Positions 1 to 11,256 of a stretch of DNA of 46,389 nucleotides are shown piece after piece. A model generated the notes under the pieces. That model had not been told where the DNA came from and did no database searches. It saw nothing but the letters and a program-made list of their open reading frames with translations. Source of the DNA: Candidatus Eiseniibacteriota bacterium. Its GTDB lineage: Bacteria > Orphanbacterota > Orphanbacteria > Orphanbacterales > Orphanbacteraceae. The stretch covers positions 1 to 46,389 of the forward strand of contig JBDROZ010000085.1 of the NCBI GenBank assembly GCA_043809585.1, in the 5' to 3' direction. Position numbers and translations under genes: made by a program. Numbering within the stretch: position 1 is the first letter of the stretch; the number at the start of each line of letters is the position of its first letter.

Positions 1-2
1 GG

Positions 3-266
3 CACGAGGCGATCGAGATCGTCGGGGAGGGGGGCATCCTCCTCGCCTCCCGGACCCCCGAGGCCCTGGAGCGTGTCGTCGGCCGGATGAGGGAGTCGGT
101 CCCCTTCCCCGACGTGCCGGGAACACTCATCCCGACGCTCCGCGATTTCCTCCGGGTCTGCCGTGGGGAGATGAAACCTCCGATCAGCGTCGCCGACGGA
201 CGGGCGGCGGTCGCTCTGGTCGACGCCTGCCGCAGGAGCCGGGGCCGCTGGATCGGGGCGGAGTGA
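3..266 (+). CDS. C-terminal fragment of a probable Gfo/Idh/MocA-family oxidoreductase (gene starts before the window)
   Basis: Hand translation from position 3 is open to TGA at 264-266: HEAIEIVGEGGIL...LRDFLRVCRGEMKPPISVADGRAAVALVDACRRS, resembling the GFO_IDH_MocA C-terminal pattern. Confidence 0.55.
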   Translation, partial: HEAIEIVGEGGILLASRTPEALERVVGRMRESVPFPDVPGTLIPTLRDFLRVCRGEMKPPISVADGRAAVALVDACRRSRGRWIGAE

Positions 267-353
267 CCGGCCTGCCATCCCTTCCATATATATGGCCTCT
301 TCTCCTGTCGTGACGTGTCGCCCGTGGCATGTCAATGTGGCATAAAAAAATAG

Positions 354-380
354 CTTGCACTCTACCTGTGAGAGTGCTAG
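354..380 (+). promoter_or_regulatory. CIRCE operator (HrcA site) overlapping the groESL promoter
   Basis: CTTGCACTC-N9-GAGTGCTAG versus consensus TTAGCACTC-N9-GAGTGCTAA. It overlaps a possible -35 TTGCAC (355-360) and -10 TAGTTT (378-383), 17-bp spacer, upstream of groES. Confidence 0.9.
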
Positions 381-567
381 TTTATAACCTGCTGTGCGAT
401 CAATGGCTTACGATTCCCATCGAATGAGGTACGGCTTTTGCATCCTTCTTTGAGTTCTGTGAGTAGATGGGTGGAAGTCGTACCCGGCGCACGTACTTCA
501 CGAACCGTAACTTCTTGATCGACGATCGGCGGATGGATTGACCGTCCGCCTGGAAAGGAGAAGAGGG

Positions 568-858
568 ATGAAGATCAAACCTCTGAACGATCGAATCCTG
601 GTACAGCGCCTCGAGGCGGAGGGCAAGACGTCCGGCGGGATTATCATTCCCGACACCGCCAAAGAGAAGCCGAACCAGGGCAAAGTGATCGCCGTGGGCG
701 AGGGCGCGAAGGACAAGGACGGAAAGCGGGTCCCGATTCAGCTGAAGAAGGGCGACCGCATCCTGTTCTCCTCCTACGCGGGCACGGACCTGAAGCTCGA
801 GGGTGACGAGTTCATCATCCTCCGGGAAGACGACGTCTACGGGATCATCGAAAAGTAA
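568..858 (+). CDS. groES: co-chaperonin GroES
   Basis: MKIKPLNDRILV...GGIIIPDTAKEKP...G.VIAVG signature; AAGGAG RBS upstream of ATG 568. Confidence 0.98.
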   Translation: MKIKPLNDRILVQRLEAEGKTSGGIIIPDTAKEKPNQGKVIAVGEGAKDKDGKRVPIQLKKGDRILFSSYAGTDLKLEGDEFIILREDDVYGIIEK

Positions 859-2517
<1,659 letters not shown>

Positions 2518-2540
2518 AAGCCGGTTCCGACCGAAGCACG

Positions 2541-2573
2541 ACGGCCCGCTTCCCTAGGGGAGCGGGCCGTTTT
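2541..2573 (+). terminator. rho-independent terminator after groEL
   Basis: ACGGCCCGCTTCCC-TA-GGGGAGCGGGCCGT hairpin followed by TTT. Confidence 0.8.
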
Positions 2574-2794
2574 CGGGGGGGGGGGAGCGCGTGATGTGAC
2601 ACGCACTCCTGAAAGAAAGCCCGGCCGGACGGGGAATCGGTATCGGGAGGGGGCGGGGCATCACCGGGCGAGCTCAGGGAAGATATGCGCAACGCCGACA
2701 CTACGCGTCCGGAACACGGGAGGGTTATCTCCCGCAGCACGACGAGCGTCCCAGCCTGAGAGGAGATTCGGGGACTGACACCTCCCGAGCCTCT

Positions 2795-2853
2795 CCCGTT
2801 CGTCCTGAGTGCCGCCGAACGGAGGGAGGCGGTGTATCGAAGGATGAACCGGG
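2795..2853. repeat. REP-like palindromic element, copy 1
   Basis: CCCGTTCGTCCTGAGTG...GTATCGAAGGATGAACCGGG, imperfect palindrome; its first 17 bp are identical to 5517-5533. Confidence 0.65.
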
Positions 2854-2930
2854 AAAAAGGCACCACATCCCGGGTGTCTGAGCCCGTCCGGACGGAGGAG
2901 CCCGAGAAAGGTATTATCTCGGAGCGCCCC

Positions 2931-3485
2931 CTACGGCTCGAGCGCGATCCGATCGAGCCAGATCGTCGGGGCCTGGTTCCAATTGCGGAGGAAAATCCGG
3001 AATGCGTCGATGCGGGATAGGTCGAGGCGGCGGGCTTTCGGTCCCGCCTCCACTTCCTCGAGAAGGATCTCGATCCGGTGCTCCCCCGGCGGGACCCGGA
3101 AGTGCCCGTTATACCGGTTCTCGAAGGCGTATCCCGATCGGGGATCGTCGACCCGGACCACGAGGTTCAGGGTATCCGCTCCGGTGTGGCGAACGTGGAA
3201 GGAGAGTGCCCGATAGGGGCTCCAGTCTCTCTCGAATTCCCGGAAGCTGACGCCCGGGTACTGCTCGTCCATCAAGTCGCACCGGAGCGACCGCCCTCCC
3301 GAGGCGGCCCACTCGCCGGAGAGATCGAAGAGGGCGTGGCACTTCCAAACCACCCGGTCCTGATCGGCTTCCTTTTCGAAATCGTAGAGGACGAGCGGCT
3401 CCGAGGCCCGGCCGCCGCAGCCGGCGCCGAGGAGTACCGGGAGGAGTACCGGGAGGAGTACCGCCCTGAGGGTGAGGCGCTTCAT
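2931..3485 (-). CDS. lipoprotein with a probable carbohydrate-binding (galactose-binding-like/CBM) domain
   Basis: MKRLTLRAVLLPVLLPVLLGAGC lipobox, then LYDFE...DWSPYRALSFHV...LDLSRI...IWLDRIALE. ATGA overlap with the upstream gene. It is the C-terminal 184 aa of track ORF 2931..5555. Confidence 0.75.
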   Translation of the reverse strand: MKRLTLRAVLLPVLLPVLLGAGCGGRASEPLVLYDFEKEADQDRVVWKCHALFDLSGEWAASGGRSLRCDLMDEQYPGVSFREFERDWSPYRALSFHVRHTGADTLNLVVRVDDPRSGYAFENRYNGHFRVPPGEHRIEILLEEVEAGPKARRLDLSRIDAFRIFLRNWNQAPTIWLDRIALEP

Positions 3486-4354
3486 TCCCGCTCCTCCCCG
3501 GTGAAGCGGAAGACCGTGATCTCCGGCGGGTAGCCGAACCGGATCGGGAAGAGGCTCCAACCGATGCCGTGGCTGACGTGGATCCACAGGGGGCCGGCCC
3601 GGTACCGGCCCGCCCGGTAATCCCAGTACTTGTCCGGCATGACCCGTCGCATCACGGCGGTCGGCGCCGCCACCTGGCCCCCGTGGGTGTCCCCGGCCAG
3701 ATAGAGATCGGCCCCCGCGGACGCCGACTCGTCCACGAGGTAGGTGGTGTGGGAGAGCACGAGGAGGGGCGTCCCGGGGTCGGCCTCGCGAAGAAGAACC
3801 CGCGGGTCGGGCCCCCCGTTCCGTTCGTCGATCTCGTCCGCGCCGATCACCTGGAGGTGCCGGCCCCCGCGCTCGAGAATCAAGCCGTCGTTCCGGAGCA
3901 TGCGGATGGGGTCGCCGTCCCGGAGGGGACCGGCCGGTCCGTCGGCGTCCGGGAAATGGCACATCCGGCACGACTCGCGGCTCCCGTCGTAGTCGACGTT
4001 GCCGAGCACGCCGAGAAGGCCCGCCTTCGACGGGATCCGGCCGAGCAGCTCGAGGGCCCCCCGGCGGGGGGCCTCGTCCCGGACGTAATCGCCGGTGATG
4101 AAGACGTAGTCGGGGTCGATTTCTTCGAGGGCGGCGAGGAGGCGCTTCTCCCGGAGACCGATCCCGGTGGTGTGGAGATCGGAGATGTGGACGGCCACGG
4201 CGCCGTCGAAGAACCGGGCGAGGCGGGGGGAGGGGATCGTCACCTCCTTGACGGTCATGCGGAAAGGTTCGCCCAGGACGGCGTAGGCGAGAAGGGCGCC
4301 GGCGAGAAGGGCCCCGGCCGTCAGAATGCGCTGGATGATCGTCCGTCCCGTCAC
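3482..4354 (-). CDS. membrane-anchored metallophosphoesterase (YkuE-like)
   Basis: HISDLH, ITGD, GNVD, LSH and GDTHGGQ motifs; C-terminal RFGYPPEIT; N-terminal TM helix. GTG 4354 has GGAG upstream. Confidence 0.88.
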   Translation of the reverse strand: MTGRTIIQRILTAGALLAGALLAYAVLGEPFRMTVKEVTIPSPRLARFFDGAVAVHISDLHTTGIGLREKRLLAALEEIDPDYVFITGDYVRDEAPRRGALELLGRIPSKAGLLGVLGNVDYDGSRESCRMCHFPDADGPAGPLRDGDPIRMLRNDGLILERGGRHLQVIGADEIDERNGGPDPRVLLREADPGTPLLVLSHTTYLVDESASAGADLYLAGDTHGGQVAAPTAVMRRVMPDKYWDYRAGRYRAGPLWIHVSHGIGWSLFPIRFGYPPEITVFRFTGEERE

Positions 4355-4481
4355 TCGTCGCTCCGCCGCTCGAGAGAAGCCCCCACTCTGCCACCTTGGG
4401 GGCGCTGTCGTCAACGGCCCCGGGTCGTGATATCATGTCCGAGGTCGATGAAAGGGCAAACCACCCGCGGAGGAGGCGAGC

Positions 4482-5495
4482 ATGGTTCGAGTGGGACTCA
4501 TCGGATGCGGATACTGGGGCCCCAATCTGGCCCGGAATTTCGCGGACCTGCCGGATGCGGAGCTCGCGGCCGTCGCCGACCTGGACGGGGCGAAGGTGGA
4601 GAAGATCGTTCGCCGCTATCCCACGGTGGAGGGACGGGCCGGCGCCGACGAGATCTTGAACGACGACTCGATCGAGGCGGTGGTCGTCGTCACCCCGGCG
4701 GAGACCCACTACGACATCGCCCTCAGGGCCCTCGAAAAGGGGAAGCACGTCCTCGTCGAGAAACCCCTCGCCATGAAACCGGAGGAGTCGAAGCGCCTCG
4801 CCGAGGCGGCCGATGAAAAGGGTCTCACCCTCATGGTGGGGCACACCTTCGAGTACAACCCGGCGGTCCGGCGCCTCAAGAAGATGGCCGGCGAGGAGGG
4901 GTTCGGCAAGATCCGCTACGTCTATTCGACCCGGGTCAACCTCGGCATCTTCCGGCCCGAGATCAACGCCATGTGGAACCTGGCCCCCCACGACCTTTCG
5001 ATTCTCTTCTACCTGCTCGAGGAGGCGCCGTCGTCGGTGGTCGCCCTCGGGCGGGCGTTCCTGAAACCCGGGGTGGAGGACGTGGTCTTCCTGTTTCTCG
5101 AGTTTCCGTCGGGGAGCGTGGCCCACGTGCACGTCAGCTGGCTCGACCCGTCGAAGGTGCGGCGGCTGACGGTGGTCGGCGAGAAGCAGATGGCGGTCTA
5201 CGACGATCTCGACAGCGAGCAGAAGCTGAAGCTGTACGACCGGGGATTCGAGAGCACGCTCTTCCAGGACGGGGGATTGGAGGACTACCGGGTGCGGCTC
5301 CGGGGGGGGGACATCCACGCGCCGAAGATCGAGACGACCGAGCCCCTCAAGGTGGAGTGCTCCCACTTCGTCGAGTGTGTCCGGGAGGGGAAGCGGCCCC
5401 TCACGGACGGGTGGAACGGCCACCGGGTGGTCGCCGCCCTCGCCGCGGCGGACCGGTCGCTGAAGGCCGGGGGCGCGAGGGTGGCGGTGGGGTAG
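4482..5495 (+). CDS. Gfo/Idh/MocA family oxidoreductase (probably nucleotide-sugar related)
   Basis: GLIGCGYWG, HVLVEKP, LMVGH, WNLAPHD and VSWLDPSKVR motifs; GGAGG RBS. Confidence 0.93.
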   Translation: MVRVGLIGCGYWGPNLARNFADLPDAELAAVADLDGAKVEKIVRRYPTVEGRAGADEILNDDSIEAVVVVTPAETHYDIALRALEKGKHVLVEKPLAMKPEESKRLAEAADEKGLTLMVGHTFEYNPAVRRLKKMAGEEGFGKIRYVYSTRVNLGIFRPEINAMWNLAPHDLSILFYLLEEAPSSVVALGRAFLKPGVEDVVFLFLEFPSGSVAHVHVSWLDPSKVRRLTVVGEKQMAVYDDLDSEQKLKLYDRGFESTLFQDGGLEDYRVRLRGGDIHAPKIETTEPLKVECSHFVECVREGKRPLTDGWNGHRVVAALAAADRSLKAGGARVAVG

Positions 5496-5517
5496 GGCGG
5501 GGGAGCCCGAGATCCCC

Positions 5518-5568
5518 CCGTTCGTCCTGAGTGATCCTCCCTCCGGTCGGATCACTCAGGACGAACGG
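5518..5568. repeat. perfect 20-bp hairpin between convergent genes (REP-like copy 2, possible bidirectional terminator)
   Basis: CCGTTCGTCCTGAGTGATCC-N11-GGATCACTCAGGACGAACGG. Confidence 0.8.
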
Positions 5569-5646
5569 TGAAAGAGGCCGGCGAAGGAAAGGCGCTTCGC
5601 AGGCCGTGAGGGGATGCCGCAGTAGAAGCCACCCGGAATCCGCGGG

Positions 5647-6738
5647 CTAGAGGTCTTCGTAGAACCGCCGCCCTCTCGACATCATCGCCTCGAAAGACCG
5701 GGACGAGTTGCCGAGCGAGGCCTTCCGGAAGACCTCGAAGGCCCGCTCGAAGAGGCGGAAGACCTCGGGCGTGTGTTCGTTCAGGTGCTGGATGTCGTAG
5801 TAGAGGCGCGGGTTTTCCCCGGCGACTTCGGAGGACGTGGCGACTTGCTTTTCGAAGGTCGTCGTCCCGAGCCGGTGAAGATCCCTGGCCGGGAAGCCGC
5901 TCCGGACGAGGGCCTCGGTGAAGATGATGTTCACCGCGTGGGCGAGGCCGAGCACGATGCCGATCGCCCGGTCGTGCTCCTCCACCGGGATCTTCACCGT
6001 CTCGAGGGACGTGTCGGTGAAGAGGTCCGACACGGCCCGGTCCGCCCGCGGGTTCCCGCAGGGGCAGTGGACGAGGATCCTGTCCGAGAGAAGGTAGACA
6101 TCGGGCCCGAAGAGGGGGTGGATGCTCGTGATCGCCAGCCCCTCGTCGAGGCCGAGCCAGATCTCGTCGAGGACCGGGCTCTTCAGGCTGAAGAGATCGA
6201 CGACGACCCCCTTCGGCTTCCGCTTCCGGATCTTCCTATAGATCTGCGCCGCCCCGTGGAGGGGGACCGAAACGACCAGGATCTCCGCCTGGTCCACCGC
6301 CTTCTCGAAGCTCGTCGTCGACCGGAACCCCGCGAGGGGCCCTTCGGGATCGTGGATCAGCACCCGGTGGCCCCGGGAATAGAAGTAGTGGGCGAGCCAG
6401 CTCCCCATCTTTCCCCGGCCGCCCAAGATCGTGATCTCCCGCTTGCTCCCGAGGAAGCGCTTCTCGTGAATCGCCTCCTGCTCCCGCACGGCCCCCCGGA
6501 TGAGTGCGCGGAAGATCGTGCGGCCGAGGCCCGGATCGATTCCCTGTTTTCGGCACCGCTCCTCGGCGAACTCGAGGACCTCCGCCTCGGTTTCGAAGTC
6601 CCGCACCGGGAATCCGGAGGCGAGCTTCACCTTGCCCACCTGCCGGGCGAGGTCGGTCCTCTTCTTGGCGAGCTTCAGGATCTCGCCGTCCAGCCGTCGC
6701 ATCTCCTTGCGCAGTTCCTGCAGCTTCTTCCGAGGCAT
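5647..6738 (-). CDS. tyrA: bifunctional chorismate mutase / prephenate (arogenate) dehydrogenase
   Basis: N-terminal AroQ-like LQELRKEMRRLDGEILKLAKKR...VRD..E; ILGGRGKMG, DLFSLK, SIHPLFGP and EHD motifs; TGATG overlap with hisC. Confidence 0.9.
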   Translation of the reverse strand: MPRKKLQELRKEMRRLDGEILKLAKKRTDLARQVGKVKLASGFPVRDFETEAEVLEFAEERCRKQGIDPGLGRTIFRALIRGAVREQEAIHEKRFLGSKREITILGGRGKMGSWLAHYFYSRGHRVLIHDPEGPLAGFRSTTSFEKAVDQAEILVVSVPLHGAAQIYRKIRKRKPKGVVVDLFSLKSPVLDEIWLGLDEGLAITSIHPLFGPDVYLLSDRILVHCPCGNPRADRAVSDLFTDTSLETVKIPVEEHDRAIGIVLGLAHAVNIIFTEALVRSGFPARDLHRLGTTTFEKQVATSSEVAGENPRLYYDIQHLNEHTPEVFRLFERAFEVFRKASLGNSSRSFEAMMSRGRRFYEDL

Positions 6739-7859
6739 CAGTGTTTCTCCTCGAGGTGGCGGTTCAAGGCTTCGAGAAAGGCGTCGTCGTCGCTTTTCGT
6801 TCCGACGGTCACTCGGATGCAGTTCGCGAGCCGACGATCCACGGGAATCCGGTCCCTTCCGGCCCGCCTCCCCGCGCCGGCGCCGACGGGCCGCACCAGG
6901 ATCCCTTCCGCGAGCAGCGCCGCGTGGGCGGCCGCTCCGTCGGGGGCGCGAAAAAGGAGGAAATTCGCGTCCGAGGGAAAGACCTCCACGCCGGGCATCT
7001 CTTCCATCTTCTTCGAAAGCCGCTCTCTCTCTCGGACCACCCGGCCTGTCTCCTTCGCGATCATCTCCCCCTCTCCGAGTATCGTCTCCGCGGCGATTTG
7101 AGAGAAGAGGTCGACCGAGTGGGGCGGTTTCGCCCGTTCGATCCGAGAGAGGACTTCCGGGTCGCCGAGCAGGTAGCCGACCCGGAGGCCCGCGATCCGG
7201 TAGGCCTTCGAGAAGGTCCGGAGGAGAACCAGATTCCGGTGTTGCCCGAGAAGGGGGCCGAGCCGGGAGCCGGAGAACTCCCGGTACGCCTCGTCCACCA
7301 CGACCACGCACCGGGCAGCCGCGGCGATCGCCTCCACGCCGCCGGCCGGGAGGGACCCGCCGGTCGGGTTGTTCGGCGACGGGAGGAAGACCAGGCGGGG
7401 CCTCGTCACCCGGAGGGCGCTGACGAACCGCTCCGGCTCGTACACGAACCGGTCGCCGAGGGGAACCGTCTTCACCGTCGCCCCGGCGAGGCGGGCGACG
7501 AGGTGGGCCACGCCGTAGGAAGGGGTGGGGGCGACCATCACCGTCCCCCGTTCGAGGGTGGCGAGCCCGGCCGCGTAGAGGAGTTCGTTCGACCCGTGGC
7601 CGACGAGGACCCGCCGGTCCGAGAGGCCCACCCGCTCGGCGATCGCCCGGGCGAGACGGACCGGAGGGAATTCGGGGTAGCGGGACCATTCCGCCTCCAC
7701 GAGGGCCTTCGCGATCTTCCTTTTCAGAGAGAGCGGAAGCTCGACAGCCGATTCGTTCTGGTTCAGCTTGACCCGGTGGGGGGGGAGGGGGACGCGGTAG
7801 GGGCGGATCCGCGCCGTCTCGCGCCGGAAGGGGGGAAGAGGACCGGGTTTCTTCTTCAT
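6738..7859 (-). CDS. hisC: histidinol-phosphate / aromatic aminotransferase
   Basis: KLNQNE, RYP, SPNNPTG, DEAY and RTFSKAYRIAGLRVGY (PLP lysine). Confidence 0.93.
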   Translation of the reverse strand: MKKKPGPLPPFRRETARIRPYRVPLPPHRVKLNQNESAVELPLSLKRKIAKALVEAEWSRYPEFPPVRLARAIAERVGLSDRRVLVGHGSNELLYAAGLATLERGTVMVAPTPSYGVAHLVARLAGATVKTVPLGDRFVYEPERFVSALRVTRPRLVFLPSPNNPTGGSLPAGGVEAIAAAARCVVVVDEAYREFSGSRLGPLLGQHRNLVLLRTFSKAYRIAGLRVGYLLGDPEVLSRIERAKPPHSVDLFSQIAAETILGEGEMIAKETGRVVRERERLSKKMEEMPGVEVFPSDANFLLFRAPDGAAAHAALLAEGILVRPVGAGAGRRAGRDRIPVDRRLANCIRVTVGTKSDDDAFLEALNRHLEEKH

Positions 7860-8070
7860 CGTGCCTCCGGAGGATGTTCGGAGGATAGCGGTCCTCCACC
7901 CCGTCGGTCAATCCGTGATCCTCCCGTCGTCTGGACAGTCTCGGGGGGCCGGTGTATCGTCCGGAGAGATGGACTGAATCCACTCAGGGGACGAGGTCGT
8001 TCCCTCCCCTTCTCCGGCCGGGTCTCCTTCCGGCCCCGGGGCGACCCGGCGCTCCCGGCGTCAGGATGAC

Positions 8071-8727
8071 ATGAAACGGAGCGATTGGAACCGCTATTGG
8101 GCCCGCTCCCGGGGGGGGCGATTCACGAAGGCGAGCTGGTCGAAACGGCGCATTCTCGCCCTTCTCGATCCGTATCTGACGCCGGGGGCGCGGGTACTCG
8201 ACGCCGGATGCGGGTCGGGGTTCTTCTCGGCCGTCTTCGTGGAGAAGGGGTGCCGGGTCACGGTGCTCGATCTCGCCGAGGAGGCCCTCGATCTGGCGAG
8301 GGAGGCGACCGGCGGCCGGGCGGATGCTTACATCCAAGAGGACCTGTTGGACGCGGCCTTCGGGGCGCGCCACGGGGAGGCCTTCGACTTGATCTTCTCC
8401 GACGGACTCTTCGAGCATTTCCTCCCGGAGAACCAGGAGAGGATCGCCGGGAACATGGTCGCCTCTCTCGGACCGGGGGGGAGGGTCGCGACTCTCGTGC
8501 CGAACGCCCTCTCGCCGTGGCGGCTGATTCGGCCCCTCGTCATGCCCGGGATCTTCGAGGTCCCTCTCCGGCGGGGGAGGCTTCGTGAGATCCACCGGGC
8601 CCTCGAGATCGAGAGGGAAGGGGGCCTGAACGTCCTCCCCTTCGGTCCTTCCCCGGAGCGAATCCTCGGCCCCCGGTTCGGGATGCTCCTTTACCTGATC
8701 GGCCGCAAGAAGGAGGGCGCCTCTTGA
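8071..8727 (+). CDS. class I SAM-dependent methyltransferase
   Basis: VLDAGCGSG motif I, FDLIFSDGLFEH, LGPGG...VPN. Confidence 0.9.
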   Translation: MKRSDWNRYWARSRGGRFTKASWSKRRILALLDPYLTPGARVLDAGCGSGFFSAVFVEKGCRVTVLDLAEEALDLAREATGGRADAYIQEDLLDAAFGARHGEAFDLIFSDGLFEHFLPENQERIAGNMVASLGPGGRVATLVPNALSPWRLIRPLVMPGIFEVPLRRGRLREIHRALEIEREGGLNVLPFGPSPERILGPRFGMLLYLIGRKKEGAS

Positions 8728-9725
8728 AGAAGCGCTACCTCTTCAACATCCTTCTCGGGATCCTGATCTTCGCCTTCCTCCAATACTGGCTCGGCATCCG
8801 GGAGAGCCTCGAAGCCCTCTATTCGGCGGACGGGAGGTACCTCGTCCTCGGGGTGCTCGCCTTCTTCCTCTCCCAGGCGATCCGGGTCGTGAAGTGGAGG
8901 CTCTTCTACCGGCAGGCCGGAGTTCGCACCACCGCGAGCGGGGTGGCCCATTTCTACTTCAAGCTGAAGTTCTTCGGCATTCTGACTCCGGGCCGGGTGG
9001 GGGAGTACCTGCCCGCCCTCACGTCGCGCCGCGCGAAAGGCCCCCTCGTCTCGTTCACCACCTTCGACCGCCTCGCCGAGTCGATGATCACCCTCACCAT
9101 CGCCATCGTCGCGTTCACGCGGCTCCTGCACGGCGTCCTCTCCATCGACCCGTTGCCAGTGGCGATCGGCGGCGTCGCGGTGATCGCGGGGATGTCCTAC
9201 CTCTGCTACCGAAACGAGTGGATGATGGGCCTCGCCCACCGGATCGGGAAACGGCTGGAGCCGTTCCGGCATTGGAAGCCGGTGGAGCGCCTGCTCGACT
9301 CGGAGAAGCGAATTGCCCTGGAGATCAGGAACCTCCAGCGGTCGTTCCGGAAGCTGTTCGCCCCGAAGACGCTCGCCCTGATCCTCGGGATCACGCTGTC
9401 GGCGGTGGCGGTGGACCTGGTCTTCTGGTGGTGCACGTTCGCCGCGCTCGGCATGTTTCTGGCGCCGAGCATGCTCGTCGCGGCGGTGGCGATCTTCAAT
9501 GTGACGGGCTTTTTCTCGCCCACGCCCGCGGGGATGGGGGTGGCGGACGCGGCGTTCGTGATCTTCCTGCACTCCGTGGGGGTGACGGGGGCGTTCGGGA
9601 CGTTCGTGCTCCTCCTCCGGCTGATCCTCTACATCGTCACGTCGGCCTGCTATCTCCTCTTCCACACGATCTTGGAACTGGGGAAGGAAGAGACCGTAGA
9701 ACGGGATCGCACGGGCGGGCCCTGA
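8724..9725 (+). CDS. lysylphosphatidylglycerol synthase TM / flippase-like protein (UPF0104)
   Basis: Multi-TM protein with R..KW, TPGRVGE, FDR and PTPAGMGV.D motifs; overlaps the methyltransferase stop. Confidence 0.85.
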   Translation: MKKRYLFNILLGILIFAFLQYWLGIRESLEALYSADGRYLVLGVLAFFLSQAIRVVKWRLFYRQAGVRTTASGVAHFYFKLKFFGILTPGRVGEYLPALTSRRAKGPLVSFTTFDRLAESMITLTIAIVAFTRLLHGVLSIDPLPVAIGGVAVIAGMSYLCYRNEWMMGLAHRIGKRLEPFRHWKPVERLLDSEKRIALEIRNLQRSFRKLFAPKTLALILGITLSAVAVDLVFWWCTFAALGMFLAPSMLVAAVAIFNVTGFFSPTPAGMGVADAAFVIFLHSVGVTGAFGTFVLLLRLILYIVTSACYLLFHTILELGKEETVERDRTGGP

Positions 9726-9806
9726 CCGGGGCCCGGGTGGGCGTGGGGCGGCTCGGACACCGCGTGCGCTCTCGTCATTTCCGAAACCGGTCCCCCGCCC
9801 CGCCGG

Positions 9807-11147
9807 CTACTCCAAGAACAAGTACCTGAGAACGAAGAGGCCCGCCAGCAGGTGCAGCAGCCAGTGCCCTTCCCTCGCCCGCCCGGTCACCAGTTTCAGG
9901 AGTGAGTAGGCGATGAAACCGAAGGCGATTCCCTCGTGGATCTTGAAGGAGAAGGGGATGATGACCATGGGGAGGAACGCGGGGAGGTACTCGGTCGGGT
10001 CCTTCCAGTTCACGTCCCCCACGGTTCGCATCATGACCGCGCCGATGAGAATCAGGGGGGGGGCGATGAAGGGGCGGAGAATGACCCCCCCTTCCGCTTC
10101 GACCCCGCCGCCGATGGTCCGGACGAGAGGATAGAAGGCGAGGGAGAAGAGGAAGAGGAGCGCCGTGACCACGCTCGCGAGGCCCGTGCGGGCCCCCTCG
10201 GCGATTCCCGCGGCGCTCTCGACGTAGCTGGTCACCGTGGATGTCCCGAGGATCGATCCCGCCACCGTTCCCGCCGCGTCCGAGAAGAGCGCCTCCTTCG
10301 CCCGCGGGAGCTTCCCGTTCTCCATGAGACCTCCCGTCTCGCAGACCCCGAGAAGCGTGCCGAGGGTGTCGAAGAGGTCGAGGAAGAGGAAAACGAAAAG
10401 GACCGTGACGAACCCCGGCTCCCGAAAGACGCCGGGAATGTCGAGACGAAGAAGCGCCGGATCGGCGATGCGCGGGAAGCCGACCACGCCCTCGATCCGC
10501 ACGAGGCCGAGCAGGGCTCCGACGACCGCGGCGGCGGCGACGCCGAGAAGCATGGCCCCGCGGATGCGGAGCGCCAGGAAGACCGCCGCGGCCGCCGTTC
10601 CGGCGAGGGCGGCGAGGGCGGGGGGCGCCCCGGGGCGACCGAGGGAGATCAGCGTGCCCGGGCTTCCCACCACGAGTCCGGCGTACTGGAGCCCGACGAG
10701 GGTGATCATCAGGCCGATGCCGACGGCGATTCCCGTCCGGAGGCAGGCCGGAAAGGCGTGGAGGATGGCGGACCGGACGCCGGTCAGGGAGAGCACCGTG
10801 AAGAGGGAGCCGCTCACGAAGACGGCGCCGAGGGCGACGGTCCACGGGTAGCCGTATCCCCCCGCCGACATCGCCCCGCATACGGAGAAGGCGAAGAAGA
10901 AGTTGGGTCCCATGCCGGGGGCGAGGGCGATGGGCAGGTTCGCGAGGAACGCCATGAGCAGCGTGGCGAAGGCGGAGGCGACGCAGGTGGCGAGGGCGAC
11001 CGCCCCGTGGTCCATGCCGCACGCCGAGAGAATCGCGGGCTGCACGAAGAGAATGTAAGAGAGGGTGAAGAACGTGGTCGCGCCGCCGAGCGCCTCGCGG
11101 CGAACCGTGGACCCGAGTTCGTGCACCCGGAAGAGGCGTTCGATCAT
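9807..11147 (-). CDS. NCS2/AzgA-family purine permease
   Basis: ANLPIALAPGMG, DLFDTLGTL and GTSTVTSYVESAAGIAEGARTGL motifs. Confidence 0.95.
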   Translation of the reverse strand: MIERLFRVHELGSTVRREALGGATTFFTLSYILFVQPAILSACGMDHGAVALATCVASAFATLLMAFLANLPIALAPGMGPNFFFAFSVCGAMSAGGYGYPWTVALGAVFVSGSLFTVLSLTGVRSAILHAFPACLRTGIAVGIGLMITLVGLQYAGLVVGSPGTLISLGRPGAPPALAALAGTAAAAVFLALRIRGAMLLGVAAAAVVGALLGLVRIEGVVGFPRIADPALLRLDIPGVFREPGFVTVLFVFLFLDLFDTLGTLLGVCETGGLMENGKLPRAKEALFSDAAGTVAGSILGTSTVTSYVESAAGIAEGARTGLASVVTALLFLFSLAFYPLVRTIGGGVEAEGGVILRPFIAPPLILIGAVMMRTVGDVNWKDPTEYLPAFLPMVIIPFSFKIHEGIAFGFIAYSLLKLVTGRAREGHWLLHLLAGLFVLRYLFLE

Positions 11148-11256
11148 CCGTCGACCTCCGGCCCGATTGTAAGGGACCGGCCTTGGGGGGGGCAAGGCCG
11201 ACGGCCGTTGCGGCGGCGGCGCCCCGGTGATAGCCTCCCGGTCGAGGGGAGAAGCG

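Noticed and set aside
2575-2585. G11 homopolymer as a phase-variation tract
   Set aside because: It lies just after the groEL terminator, outside any supported CDS or promoter.
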